Assembly (NCBI GenBank): GCA_965235115.1
Contig: OZ249445.1
Location: 18,290,001 to 18,354,000, forward strand
Direction of reading: 5' to 3'
DNA length: 64,000 nt
Source: Laetmonice hystrix
Taxonomy: Eukaryota
The notes under the pieces were generated by a model that did not search any database, was not told the origin of the DNA, and saw only the letters and a program-made list of their open reading frames with translations. Shown one piece after another: positions 27,261-41,600 of this stretch. The stretch's first letter is position 1. Every line of letters starts with the position of its first letter. The position numbers and the translations under genes were made by a program.

Positions 27261-30200
27261 TCATCTCCGCCCGTTCTATATATAGCACCAGGCCCCTTTT
27301 CCGCTTTTGTCGAAATGTTGCCAAGCTTGTCTGCATTGAGCAGTCGTTATCAGATTGTGTGGGATCATTTGTTGCCGATCAGAGTTGACCTTGGCACTGG
27401 CCTGGGCTGGCGTGTGGCCGTATCTGATGAACAAGCCGTCAAGGCCCGCCTTTTTACGGTATAAACTCCCAGGTTAGTATAGTCAGTCTGTAGTCACCAT
27501 AGGGGTGCTGTGTAGTGGCTGGGTGATGGATGGCAGTAAGACGGGGTTGGGGTTGCCCTATACTCACAGCCAACCAGGTATATCGTCTCACCTGTAGCAC
27601 GATCCTACTCCAGGACGTGATGAGCTCTTACCAAGGTCCCACAGGAGGTCTTCTTATCTCCTGGGGTTCTCCTGCAATCCTAGCTCTCTAATGTCACACT
27701 CCAGTTACTCTACACCTTGGCCTCCCAGCCCTAACCGCAACAAACTAGATAATGTGTCGTCACTCTTAGTCTGAAACCGCTTGATTTTCACTCTAACTCC
27801 GAGAAAAAATAGAAAAAGAAATAATGATGTTAAGAAAATACGAAATTAGCTTCATAACTGATACAAAGCTGGCGGTGGATGGCCAAAGGATGTCATTCTC
27901 AAGGCAACATTCCATTCCAACTGATTGATGTTCCTGAACTATCTTTCATGAAATTCTTATTAATGTTACTAGGCAACCGTTCATCACGCATCTCAGTGGC
28001 ATCCAGCATACTGACAAGGGCTGAGGGCGACTTTGTGATAAAAAGCTTGCATTGCCGCACGCTGTGTCTTGACCTTCTTTCCGGAAAAAATAACATGTCA
28101 AACTTACGCGAGGTCTTCTCTATGCATTACTAGCATGGCAGTCGAGATAGAAACCTCTACCTCACAGAGTATGGATCACTGGACCTGGGTCCAAGCTATA
28201 TTATAGAGAGTTGTTCCGTAATCCTACTGAGGAGATGTAGCCATTGCGTACCCTTTTGTTTATACAGTGAAGGTATTTTTCCCGTGTTTACAGTAACATG
28301 TACAATGACTTTTTTTCTCTCCTATTTCCGTCCTCTATCCTCATGTTATTATCCATATTATGATGACAAATTCTTGGCTATTGCCGGCCGTTCAACAATA
28401 AATTGAAAATGTCACTCTTCCATTGACTGTTTATGAAAAAAGATATCCCCGCATAATACTCAAATATAGAGTGCCTACCACACCACATTGCTCGTTGAGA
28501 CAAGGCCTTAGTGATGTTCCTTAAGTACTTTACACGTTACAGGTACCAAACAGTTTACTTTTTCAGAAACCATTTTGCGTTTAACAAATGAGTGGAGGCC
28601 GGACGGAGTTCCATCCCGGAGGTTGAACATAACTGAGAGTGGTCGGGTAAAGGAGCTGCCACCAGGGGGTGCTGGTGATGCAGTGTAGGTCGGGCAGATT
28701 GGTGGCACCCGATTAAAGTGAGCCTTGAGGGAGCCATCTTACACCTCCATGATGGATCATCTCATTTAGGGGATTAAGCCACGTTGATTTATCATATTTT
28801 TGATTACCTCATACCTATAAGCCAGGGACAGACCACCTACTGAGTATGCACTACCGTAGATGAGGCGGGTCTGGGCGGCTGTTCACCCCTATATAAATAG
28901 ATACCGAGATATTTCTTCTGTCAGTGTATAAAGTAAGTACGCCGGGGTGTATACAAGCTTGTTTCTCCGTCTACAGGTATGTGCTCTCAGTGCCGGCTCA
29001 GCTGTTTATGACACGGCCTGTACACGGCAATCACAACCATATGCCACAGGTCCCCACTGGAGGCCCTGAATTCCCACAGGTGTGGTTGATAGCCGTGAAG
29101 CCTTGCCTACCTGAGCCTCACCTGGGGCCGGACACGGGAGGGCCTACTCGTTACGGTGTTACAGCACACCGGCGGGTCGGGAGTGGGGTGGTAGAGGGGA
29201 GATTACTGAACTAAACGAGGTGATTTACCCGCGTCTACAAGATGACTATCGTCCTGCTCCAACACTTTACAACCCTCTCCTCCATCTTTACGACCCTTTA
29301 CAACCTTATCATACCAAGGCAAAGGAGAGGGCTTAACTGGGTTATACGGCCCGTTACGGCAACAAGAGAAGATGACATGGACCACCTCTTTGATGTAAGG
29401 TGCTAAACGCCCGGTACGTGATGTACATCTCACAATGTCCACCGCTGGCTGGTGGTGGTGGTGGGGTGGTGGGTTTAGTATACGACATGTCGGGGTCAAG
29501 GTCAACCTCGGGCCGTTATGAAATAATATGTAACTTCACTTAGTTCGGGAGGGTCAAGTCAAGATGAGGGTTCCACTTTGCATACCTGATCAGGTGGGCA
29601 CGGCCCTTATCTTGTCACATTCTCAGATTACAATGTGCCACCGGCTGCTCCAAATGGAAGTCAAGAGACCGGTGAAAGAATTTGTGGGATTTCAAAGTTG
29701 GGTCCAATTAAACTGTTTGACCTAAAGTGTTAATTATAAGATTTTACTGTCCACGATGTACAACCACTGGTCACACGGTATTTTAGTTTTTCTGTTTCCA
29801 ATCTGGTAACTGGCATGTTTTGACGGGATTAGACGGTGTTGTCCATTAGACACGAAACAAGCGTTCCTTGAGGAGACGGTTTTGGTATGGTCAGCTGGTG
29901 TTGGTGGTGTGGGTGGATGTTATCAGGTCGGCCAGCTGGCTGACTGCATCAGTAGTGATGGAGTGATGTGGGCAGCGAGGTGTGTACGGCTACATTTAGC
30001 TAAGTGGCCGCAGTCTCTGGGGTTACATCATCCAGCAGGATCCGGCGGGATCCGATTGTTGGGATCACATCACGCAGGCTGGCCGTCGGCGGGAGGTGGA
30101 GGGAGGCTGAGACTGCCGCCAGCGGAATCCCATCACCTCGTCTTCTTATCGTCACCATGACGACGGATGGGGGAGGGGGCGGGGTCCCGTCACTGGACAT

Positions 30201-31931
30201 GGTGAGAGAACATCGGGGGTTGAGGGGCACCTGAGAACATCTCCTCTCTCTCCTCACCACCAACAAACGTGGTCGCTAGAGGCGAGTGGTCGCTGATAAG
30301 GGGTGGTCTTTAACAGGGGGACCACTGTACATGCTCACATGCGTTTCTCTTGACTCTTTCGGCCTAGTTTTTTTGGCTGAAGTTTCAAGAAAGGTGCTGA
30401 CCTCATATAAATAATATTTGGAAAGCAAGAGAACAGTTTACCGACTCACTGGTTTATATATTTCAATAATGACCGTGATGGTTATGAATGCATGTTTTTG
30501 TGTGTCATAAACATGTCTAATGGGGTGACCTCAAGGAACGCTTAATTCCCCAACTTCATTTATTTGTTCCTAATTGTGACACATAAAGTAGCCCTATCAT
30601 CATCACTATCCAGTTCACAATAAATGATGGCCCCTTCATGGAGATTCCATACTGATATCCTAGCCTGTCCCCGTAAAAAGTGTACTTATGACAGATGTGA
30701 TAATGAATGTCCTGTTTAAGATTCCCCTCCTTTGTTGACCTGACCACAAACTATGTCCCCTCTCACCTCAGCGGTCACTCCGGCCAACCGGACACGGGTC
30801 AATCATACGGAGGACAGCCTGTTCCGGCCACTCTCCTTTCACAGCCATCTCCGATAACATACTCGGCCGCTGATAACAGCCAGGTGTGCTTTACGACCCC
30901 GCCTGACCCTCTTGTAACCTTTTATGGGGCCCGTCATTTGCATAACTAGGCAGCCGTAAATGATCAGATTGTTTGGGACGGTGAGCGCTGGCCTCTCACC
31001 CCAACGATGGAACAACGGCAGCTAGCATGGACAGCTTGCTTGGAATTACCATCCCAGCTGACACAAAGAGACAAGATCCCCCTGATGACAATAAAGGTTC
31101 CTCGTCCTCATCCCAATCTCAAACACAATAGTTCCCATCGCAGAAAATTCGACTTCCTCCTAGTCCTACAGAAAGAAGAACCCAACGTTTTATTCCTCTC
31201 ACAGCCTAGTTCGTATTTAATCGGCACTTATCATTCACATTACTTGACATAAAAACGCTTGTCTGTCGGGTTCCTGTATAAATATTTGACGACATCCTCA
31301 TTAGGCTCTTTGAACCCCTAATATTAGTACTCAGACTTGGAGTAAAATATTGACCTAGGTCCAATGAAATATTGAGAAACCTATTAACTTTTTGTCCTCA
31401 GTTTCTCCTCCACGGATTCCGACTGTGGACTGGTCCTGTGTACACATCTACATGAAGTCTCTGTCGGTTTGCTGTGTGATGTGCCAGGCACCAGCTCCAC
31501 TCGTTCCCAGGGACCGTTCACAGACTCCCTTAGCATTCCAGGATCTTCCTTAAAGAGGCAGCGGCAGGTCGGATCCATCAGTTTGTCGGAATGGTCCGGC
31601 GGGCCGACCATTGTGATATCGCGTCAGGTCTTCAGGCTCCCTATCATCATCATCCGAATGCTCGAGGCACGTATGTCCGGACCACGCTACAAGACATGCA
31701 GTGCTTGCCCAGGACAAGCACTGCACGTCTTGGGCAAGCAGCCTGTGCCGGGGGCGAGTAGTGACCATCTGCGGAATGCCTAGATAAGCCATGCTGGGCG
31801 GTGCATGGGTGGGTAGCCAATCACTCCATCATCCAAACTCGGCTTCATTTTTGTAGTTGACATGAATGCAGCTTAAAGATGTTGAGAGGGGATTTAATGG
31901 TGGCCATTCGACATGACTTGAAAGGTGAGGT

Positions 31932-32009
31932 AGGTCCTCTTGGCGGCATGTGGCCAACCATGTGGCCCGGAGAGGTTGGTCCTCGGCAGCATGTGGCCAA
32001 CCATGTGGC
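31932..32009. repeat. ~43-bp imperfect tandem duplication
   Basis: gcatgtggccaaccatgtggc occurs exactly at 31946 and 31989, each preceded by ggtcctc. Confidence 0.85.
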
Positions 32010-32969
32010 TTCTGCTGCCAGTCCTGCCGCCGACAAATGGCCAGAGACTGAAGGGCCGCTCACCTCTAGTTGACTTCTCTGACTCACCCTCACTCCTCAC
32101 CTGGCTGTCGATAACCCCCGTCCTTCACACTAGGGAATCGTTACAGTGAAGTCCTACCTGATTATGACTCCTACTAATATACCACCTGGTCGAACGGTTT
32201 CATAAAGGACACATTCAGTGCTAACATTTTATCCAAGAACGGGAACATTTCTAGAGGAGGACAATAATTCAAGCCACCACCAGCTGTTCCAAAGGCAAAT
32301 TAATGGACGACAAAAGCCGTTCTTTACAACTAAATGGGCCACCCTTCTTATATTATTATTATGCGTTAATTTCTGCACAAAATGGTTTCGTCGCCTCAAC
32401 CTGAGAGACTGATTGTCAAAATTAATAGGCTGCAACGCTTGACTGGCCATTGTTTGTCTTAAATGGAAAAAAACAAACTCTTTCAGTCCGTCTCTTTTGT
32501 CACACCAACGGCGCCCATCATATTTTAGATAGAGGTACTTGAACCATGATTTATGGGTTCTCTATAAGGCACCAGCGGCACCAGGGCTTCTCTAACTGAT
32601 ACCATTTCACTGAGATTAATTAGAAGAAATCCTTGAAATGAAATATGCCTTTTCTAAATACACTGGACTATCCTTAAGAACCTGACCACGCGTCAGTGAC
32701 CAGGAAGCTGTGAGAGAGAAAGAGAAAACCCAGATAACGTTACAGTGATGTAAATCTATGGATCCCTGTGATAGGTAATCTTACAGGTACCTTGACTGGA
32801 TCTGGTGTTTGTAATCCGTGACTGAAGCAGGAACTGACAGTTCGGTTAGTACAAAATGTCATCTTCCGCTCATCTAGCCTGCCTCGGCATGCAGTCCTCA
32901 GGTAAAACCGGGCCTTAATAGTTGCCTCGCGTGACTCGTGCACGAGGAGAAAGATCGACGAATGCTGCC

Positions 32970-33172
32970 TGGATGGTCAGTGACTGATACTTGGAACATG
33001 TCCATCCCTGTCCCTTTGATACGTGGAACATGTTCCTCTTCGTCCCTGTTCCTGTGTTTCGATGGTCAGTGACTGTAACGTGTTCTATTCCATTAATCTC
33101 TGCTGATACGTGGAACATGTCCCTCTCTGTTGCTTGGACACGTGGAACATGTTCCTCTGTCCCTGCCCCTGT
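32970..33172. repeat. Imperfect nested repeat with four GA(T/C)AC(G/T)TGGAACATGT motifs
   Basis: GAACATGT cores at 32994, 33026, 33113, 33145; gatggtcagtgactg at 32972 and 33061. Confidence 0.8.
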
Positions 33173-35508
33173 GCCAGGATTAAGAACCATTAAAGAGATT
33201 GTCATCAATTGCAGGTGATATTGAACGTGTTAATTATATTTTTCTGTTGAGTGTTTGATGGGTAGATTCGGCTTTGATCTTTTTTCCAATTTGTTGCATA
33301 GTATTAGCAAGTCGGGATGGTCTCACGATTTTACCGTTCGAGATAGTATTTCACCAATGACGGATGCTGCTAATCCTTTAATCTCTGCTGGTAATCTAGT
33401 CACATATAAAAACAGCGCGTTCCTTCCCTTTTTACTAAAGTCCCTCGATCACTATTAATTGTGAAAGGGACTACAACATGCTTGGTATGCTTCACTGATG
33501 AGGTTTTATCGTTAATTCAAAGAATGACTCGTTTAATTACCTCTTCGTTTTACCCGAGTTAGTTGTAAATGAACCATGTACGTCTGTGGACACAACAATA
33601 TAAAAACAAATTTAGTACCTAAAGACATTGGTTTACCTCATTGATGCTAAAAGACACAACTACTGCGAGTAACCTACGATACTGTACAACAGATTATCCT
33701 ATCAGACCCCCAAATATTATCATAAAATACATGAACGACTCAGTATGTGTGGTAGGTAGACCCGGCGCCTACCATGCACTAAGCAGACCTCCGAGCTGTC
33801 AACATATGAGTTAAGCTGCTCACAACACGTGACCACCCATGAAACCATGGTGACGACACGTCAGTACATGATATGATATCCTCCCGACCTTTATCCGTCG
33901 GGCCGACTCTGGATGACATTCATCAAGTTTTGTCTTATGTCGCTTCAAAACAACACTGAGGATTGCCTTTTTGTCTTGCACAAAATATGGTCTGCACCGA
34001 CTATGTAGCACTTTTCATCGGGTTCAACTTACAGAAATAAAAATATGTTACATTTGCTCTTGGTCGTTGCAGCGTATGTTTCACGTCTGTCTTCATGTAA
34101 GAAGTTGATTCCACAGCCACAACCAGTATATGGCTGATAAATAAATATACAAAAACCAGTCTCTCATACAAAAACACCGAGTGCTAACAACGGGAATGAT
34201 CGTCCGATATTTCACTAGTGTCAGATTCTGGTGCAATTGGTGCTCCCTCTCCCTCGATTCCAGCAGGTCCCCTCTTAAAGATTATACAGCAGCCAGTGAC
34301 TGCCATCTGCCACGTAGAGACAAGCTTGAAGTATTCTGTCACAACTCTCTGTTTTACTAGATCAGAATCTCACAGAACTGAAGGATCACCCCCCCCCCCC
34401 CCCCACACCCACCAGAGAGCAGCCACTATTTCAGTTGATGACAGAAACATTGCTCATGTTGGCACAAACATATATATATACCGGTACTGTACAGGGAGGG
34501 ACGTTCCCTTTCTCCGTAGAAGCAATGTATCATACTCAATGTATCACCGCTGAGAGGGGTCTCAAACCACCACGTGGCACAATGGGATTGGAATCCCCCC
34601 TCCCCCGGGATTGGGACCGTGACGGGCCACCGATCCCGGACCATGAGTTCCGGCCTGCTCTCTGCCAGGTCCACTCTGTGCCCCCTCACCAGACCCACTA
34701 CACGTATGGCCGACAGACAGATGGCCCGTCTGAGGTTAGAACGTTGGCACTGGTTTACTGGGCACGACGTCCCAGTCCTATCTATCTCTGGTATAGTGTA
34801 TGTACCCCTGGCAGGCGGCTACAGACCGGCCAGCCTTCACATCTCCTCCCTCCAGTCTGGGGCTGAGCAAAACGATTACAAGCCCTCTTCATCGATTTCC
34901 TTTAAATCTTCCAACAGCCTCCTATTGGCTGGCCTAGCTATCCTCCCATGTGACGATGAGACAGTTCGACTTAAGATCCAGCCACTATGTCTGCCTATAC
35001 TCAAGCTAAGTCACACAGCTCAATGTGGATTAAAAAAAGGCTGACAGATAATCAGGAGAAAAAAGTGATTGTAATAAACGGCAATGGCTTACCGAACACT
35101 AACCCCGTCTGGGACCTAAGACATCAATTTTTAGTCACGCACTCACAGACCTTTCCTGTACGTTATATTACAAAGGCCAAAGGACTTAATGCCCTGAAAT
35201 AGGGAATAGCGTAATGCACCCAAACTCCTGATTTTCCTCATGATATCCAATTCATTTAGTCTACGCTAAGGTTCGTGCTAAGGTTCGTGTACGCATTATA
35301 ATCATCCATGGCATTTGTAATATGAATCCCCCCTCCAGGTATAGCTCATGTTTGCCCCTACATTCCCAATGTCGACGTTTAGTTTGGAATCTCCTTGGGG
35401 AGGAGATAGAAGACGTTGGTGAGATACGGAGGAGAACTTTCTACTCTCATGTGTACCACCAAGTCAGCTCCCATCTGTCGTCGTCTCTGCTAACATAGCA
35501 TCATAGCA

Positions 35509-35518
35509 GCTGCTGCTG

Positions 35519-35551
<33 letters not shown>

Positions 35552-35622
35552 TGCTGCTGCTGCTGCTGCTGCTGCCTGCTGCCTGCTGCTGCTGCCTGCT
35601 GCTGCCTGCTGCTGCTGCTGCC
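35509..35622. repeat. Composite (CTG)n/(CCTG) microsatellite, ~115 bp
   Basis: Runs of ctg interrupted by single-C insertions (cctg). Confidence 0.95.
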
Positions 35623-38600
35623 CACTCCTGACCCCTGCTGTTTGCTCTTCCTCCTGTTTACATCCCTCCGTATCTTTACCGAGTGCCCCCCGAGGACATG
35701 TAAGCAGATTTACAGCGCTATAAAGTATAATCCCGTCCGTAGGACTCGGCCCCTGCACCCATTGCTCTGATCTTAATGAGCACTAATTGACATCAACCAT
35801 CTGTGCACCTTTAATTAAAGCAGCCACTGATGATGTTGTGGATGGGGTCGGATCAAAGCGATCAGCCAGGGGCTCTCCGCGCCCCATATCTTCTCCCATC
35901 TTTAATCATCCTCACTCTCCCTCTGCTCATACATTTATTACATATATTCCACGTACTCTGGTATTATCAAGTGTTTGTATTGTATGTACATGTATTCTAT
36001 ACGACCCCCAAACTAATTGAATATATCTATACTCACTGAGACACCCTATATGGTACATGTATTTGTATCCACGCTCTAATTGATGCCACCTTTCACCACT
36101 TAACATTGGTAGAGACGACATAATTAGGTAGATTAGGTCTCCTTGGGTTTTAAACATTGAGACAGCCACATATCATTGGTGAGAGCTGAGGTAGATTCAC
36201 TGTTCTGTCTCCCTATCACCCCTCTAGGTAAAGCCCCGGCTTAACCTCACCTTGGTCCCTCTCGGATTAATATCACCGTCAAGTGGATTAGAGTACATCC
36301 AAACAGCTATCGGTGTGATTCCGTGGGGTAGAGTTAGGACCATGGATCGACCCCCATCACTGGGTGATCAGGTCAGTGACAAAATAAAGTTTCTTTAGCT
36401 CAGTCATCTCCGACACTTGTTTATGATACCGAGAGGTGTGCACCGTATCATCCAGGTGTTTTCATGAATGGGTAAGAAATCTTGAAAGACAGCACGCAGC
36501 GATCCGATATAAGGATTAGAACCAAACACTGCATCATTATTTTAAAGTTCCCACCATGTCGTACCCCTCAGAGATTTTTCATCATTACACTGCTGTTGAC
36601 ATGCCATCACTGACTCATATCTCCCCGAGTCATGTCACCTCCCACCAGTCTCTGTGTTCAAACGCTAACACTCACTCACTCCACTGTTCAGTGCCTGTAT
36701 ACCTGAACCTTTGATGTCTACCTTCTTACAGAGACGACCAGGTAAGGATGGCGGGGAGGGAGGAGGTTTTATTGAAAGGTAGGAGATATCGGTGTGCAGG
36801 TACACTTTCCATGTATCATTAATCATAACTGTAGAGTACCTGTTTGCTGACAGAAGGTAGTTTGTGCCGCAGTGTATTTAGACAGCGATTGTCACAAGAC
36901 GACGACCTCCTGCCACAGTCAGCCTGACGACAACTGCTCACACCCCCGGCCCGGCTGGGTTAGCCTAATTATGGCCACTGGCCACACTCCCACAAATGAC
37001 ACCAATTTACATGCGCAAACCTCTTCAATGAAACGGTAAAGACCACATCAAAAGATGAAAGGTTCTCAAACTGGTCCATGGCCTGTCGGTTTTTATTTTC
37101 CACATTTCAAACTGAAACCTGAGCGACCAAGTGGAGGGTTACTGGTGGGCACGGTGAAGATGGAACGATATCTTTACAGTCTGAGGCCGAAATATGATGG
37201 AATGAACGAGCCCGCCGGCTTTATATGACTTCTCTCACATCCAGTGGGGACTGTATCTGGTTGTCGGCATATTCTGGCCCCTGATTCCCGACACTAACCC
37301 CATAATGGTCCTCAGCCAATTATGGAATGCGCATGACGATATCAGTGTGAAAACATAAAAATAACCGTGTCAGTCGAGCGCCCGCCTCGGCTTATGACGA
37401 CGACACACGACGACAAACGACGACGGTGGGTTCATGGGGCGATCAGTGCACTCCAGCCGGTACAGTCTGCGCACTGGTACGGGGCCATCAAATTACAGCA
37501 CCGAGTGGGGCTTTTCATGGTCGTACTCGCACCAGTGTCGGAGACACAGACTCAGTGCCAGTCCATTCGGTTCTCTGCCGGACTCCGGCTAGACATGTCC
37601 GGAGACAGAGTTTCAAGTCTTTGATCAACCTTTGCAACCTACTCATTACAGGCCAATGATTCTCAAGTCTGGCTCTGGTTAAAACGATCGCTGGTCACCA
37701 AGTTTATAATCAATCCAGTATTATAGATCAATACAAGTTTGGGTACAAATATACATACACTCTTCCTTTCCTAAAGATTGTAACAATTACTAAAACAATA
37801 CAAGAATACATATCTCTGCTAATGCCCCATTAACTATGTCCCCTTAAATAAACACTAATTGCGGATGATAGCGGTATTTATCATGTGTTATGGAAACAAA
37901 ACTGGTGACACACAACAGACATTCTAGCCCGATGCTATGCCTGCGTAAAGTTTGTCAAAGTTACGAATCCCATGAATGAACGAACACACTGCATACAAAG
38001 GTTGACCTCAGCGTTTAGTCCCCACTCAGTGCTGGCCATAAACCTGTCAACCAGACCGCTTCCATTCCTTACCACCCGATCCTCAATCACACCAACTGAT
38101 CCATGGTTTATTTCTCCTCCGCCATATTTCACACCCAACCAATGCTCTAAAGTCCTTTTAGAACAGAACTCCGCTGTTTTAAAAGAGACTTCAGCGGACG
38201 CTGTCAGCTTGTGTCATCGACTTCAACAAACGGGTGTATCGGCGTTGAATTCTGACCGCTGGAGTATGGCACATTCCGAGGTGACAGCGCCAGTTGGTTC
38301 CGACCATTGTGGTCAGCCATCCCATTCACAAGGCTAAGATCTATGGGCGTCGACCCCGTCGTTCGGGGCCATATATTTCCACCAAGCAGCAGGACCTGAG
38401 GGAGAACTTCCTGTTGAAGTGACTTAACCACAATCCTCCTTGTACTGGCTCTGCTCGGCTAACTCTGAATGTAAACGAGGGGGGGGGGGGGGTTACTCAG
38501 CCACCTGGCTGTCTTCGTTTCCATGGTTACCTAAATAGTTTTCTTTCTGACAGGGGTGTCTGAGTTGTAAGACAACAGTAACCCTCGTAGCCTGCCAGGG

Positions 38601-41600
38601 ATCACTTGATCTGAGGTCGGGGCATGCAGTGGTTGTGAAGGATCTTCGACCTCAATGTAAGTACAAAGTAAGCACCAGCCTATTTACCCACAATTACCCA
38701 CATATCTTTCTTGTTATGATCTGAAAACAGTCAAACCTACATAACTCAAATTGTCAAATCATTACTACCCGTCCAAGTTAGCTTTTTGCCCTGTATAATT
38801 CAACCCGAAAAACTGCAATCTCTAGAACTGGTACAAGTTCCTTAATTGATGACTTTGGCTCACCTCTTTGGCTTGTACCCCTTTTACTGTCGGGGTAACT
38901 CAGTGCACCCCCTGGGGACACGGGATATGATACCTGGGCTCGCCATACCTTTACCACCCCTTCTTTTACCCCTCGCCGTAGAATAACCTATATTCTAGGT
39001 CCATGATAATAAGGCAGGAGAGAGCAGTTTAATAGCACCCTACATTTTTACCCCCTCTGTTCAGGACGGCCGATAGGGGCTCAGGTAGCCAGATATAAAC
39101 ACTACTCTCCCTCTATGTCTAGTGGGTTGAAAAGCAGGTCAGCTGAAATGACTGCCTTTCAAGTTTCTAAAGGATGCCGTTGCATGGCACAGAACAGAGA
39201 AGTCCTTCTGCTTAGCTCCCAAACAACCCTCCACAATGAAGCCTTATTTGGGATGTCATTCTCCTCTACAAAATGCTTTTACAGCTGCTCTTCTTTGGGG
39301 AACTTTTTTTGTCATAAAATATTAACCGACACAGATTAAAGGCTTGGGGGTATATAAATTGAATGGCAACTTACAGCTAACATTAAGGCATAGAGTTAGA
39401 GGCGCCTTGATGAATGCAAACGTCGATGGACGCGCCCTACACATCTGTTTACCCAATATCAAATATCATTCAGGGATGTCAGTGCCAACACCCGGCAGAT
39501 TCTAAGTAAAGCAAAGGCGCAAGATTTAAAGAAATTTGAGATGTCAAATGGTTTAATTATGATTTTAGGTTTAAACCAAAATGGGGGGCCAGTCTGTAAA
39601 TCTACAGAGTCCACTTTGGAACGTAAAATGGATTGAACCCCACCTCCATCTAACGCTAAGCCCCATCTGAAAAGGTGCTAACCGCGGGTGGGCAGAGAAC
39701 GCTGCCCGTTTTGTAGAACTATGGAAACCACACACCTGCCAGTCAAAGTGTCAGTGCTGTGTGCACCGGTCTCCATCGTAAAGCACTCTGTCAGTGCACG
39801 TTTCACTCGACCATCAGGAGGTGTACTGACACCCCCCGCCCTCCCCACCAGACACTTCACCCGACAAATCTACCACCAGCCTCTGCTATCATTTCTTGTC
39901 ACCAATAGCCTTGGTCTACATGACCTCTATTGTAGCCATGATAACCATATCCTTTCCTTGGCGCTCTCCTTTCTTTTCCCTGGGAGAACACTTTTATCAT
40001 ACTCGATTAGTCACCATAGATTAATGATTCCTAAAGTCAATCCACTCCTGACAGGAGCCACTTTTCTATAGCGGTCTCTCAACAAAATAACGTTTTTTTC
40101 TCACCCCTGTGTTTACTTTAGGTCGACGTTGGCCCGCTTAGTGACCACGAGTCGCGTGGCTCCTTTATAAACACAAGTCCTCATCACGCTACCACGTCAA
40201 GCCGACCAGAAAAACGCCGCCATATTGTCGACTTAACCGTGGATGAACCGGTCATTTCTCTTTGTCCAGTTACCCGGTTTAAACGCCGGGCAATTTGACC
40301 ACATGTTTGACCAATATACCACTCCAACAAGATCTGTAGTAATTGCCCCCATAGCCATTAATTACACGTGCCTTTTTGTGTGCATCTGTTTTATAACTAC
40401 CGACTTGCACGATATGGAATCACGGTAGCTTTTGACTACCAGGGCAACTACCAGACATCGCGTCGGAATTAAAACTGGGAGGGCCTCGACACCTGATGGG
40501 TTTAGGTCCTAAACGGCGCAGCAGCTCATCAGAGGCTGAGACACGCTCCAGTGGGCACGCAGCCAAGGGCCATAAATGACCACCGATTCTATCTTTGGCC
40601 GACAAAATGGCCAGCACACTGCCCAGCTGTCAGCAGAGAAGAATAGCAGTTAGCCCATTAACCAATTGTTGGAGTAGGCTGGCGAGGGGACGCAATGACA
40701 CGGAGAGCATGGGTGTCCCTAATGACGCCCGACAAGCCCGACTCTACCTGGGGGCCGGGAGGGTTAAATACAAGGGTACATTACCACACCTGAAGACCCC
40801 GGCCCCCGCAGGGTAACGGTAAATACCAGCTACCCTACCCCAGCCCAGCGCTCTGGTCGATATGAGGTTCTCATGATAAACAGTATAGGTCCTGCACGGA
40901 CCTGCATAACTAACTTTCAGCTCTTAATGCTCAACCTGCCATTGCCATTAGTCAAATTGATTTGGTTGAGTATGGCATTGAGGATGTGAACAAATCAAAA
41001 CTAGTGCTCACCCATGTACAAAATGAATACTGTGAAGCTGCCAATGGCCTTATGATCTCCTCCAAATCCTCCTAGAGAAATCGATGGCTTTTAGAGGCAT
41101 GACTTTTTGTGGAGCTCGTCAAACAGTAAACCAGTGTTATAGCACCTGCATACAAATTGGAAACTACGATATTGTGTTTGGTATGTGGACGCTGAGCGAC
41201 AGGTTGATGAGACTGGAGACATCTGCTTTACCTGCCACCTTAATGGAGGGCGGCTTCCAGGCACAATACCTGGATCATCTTCCTCCAGTAACACGACACC
41301 AGCAGATTAGGAGCAATCTGGGTTTCTAGAACACTATCAATTATTCACCTGCATCTGGGACAGGATCTTTTTTAGTGAATCAATCGGTGCCACACAAACC
41401 TATCGATTAGGTCCCAGAACGAAACTGTTTGATTACATCAATGAAGACTACTGTTGACTGCAAACTGCGGCAGCGTGGCTTTAAATGTCGTGCTTCCCCT
41501 ACGGTAGTACTATTAATGTACAGGTGTGTCAGCTTCCAGCCTTGCGGTATGTTTCTAAAAATCAGTTTCTCTGTCAAGTGTAGGGAGCCAACTCCCAAAT

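Noticed and set aside
33490-33520. CTGATGA cores as hammerhead ribozymes (also ~27424 and the gtgatgag at 62427)
   Set aside because: No stem II followed by GAAA, and no stems I/III.
36195-36235. Plus-strand pyrimidine tract + TAG|GTAAAG
   Set aside because: Weak donor, no downstream donor, opposite strand to the strong series.
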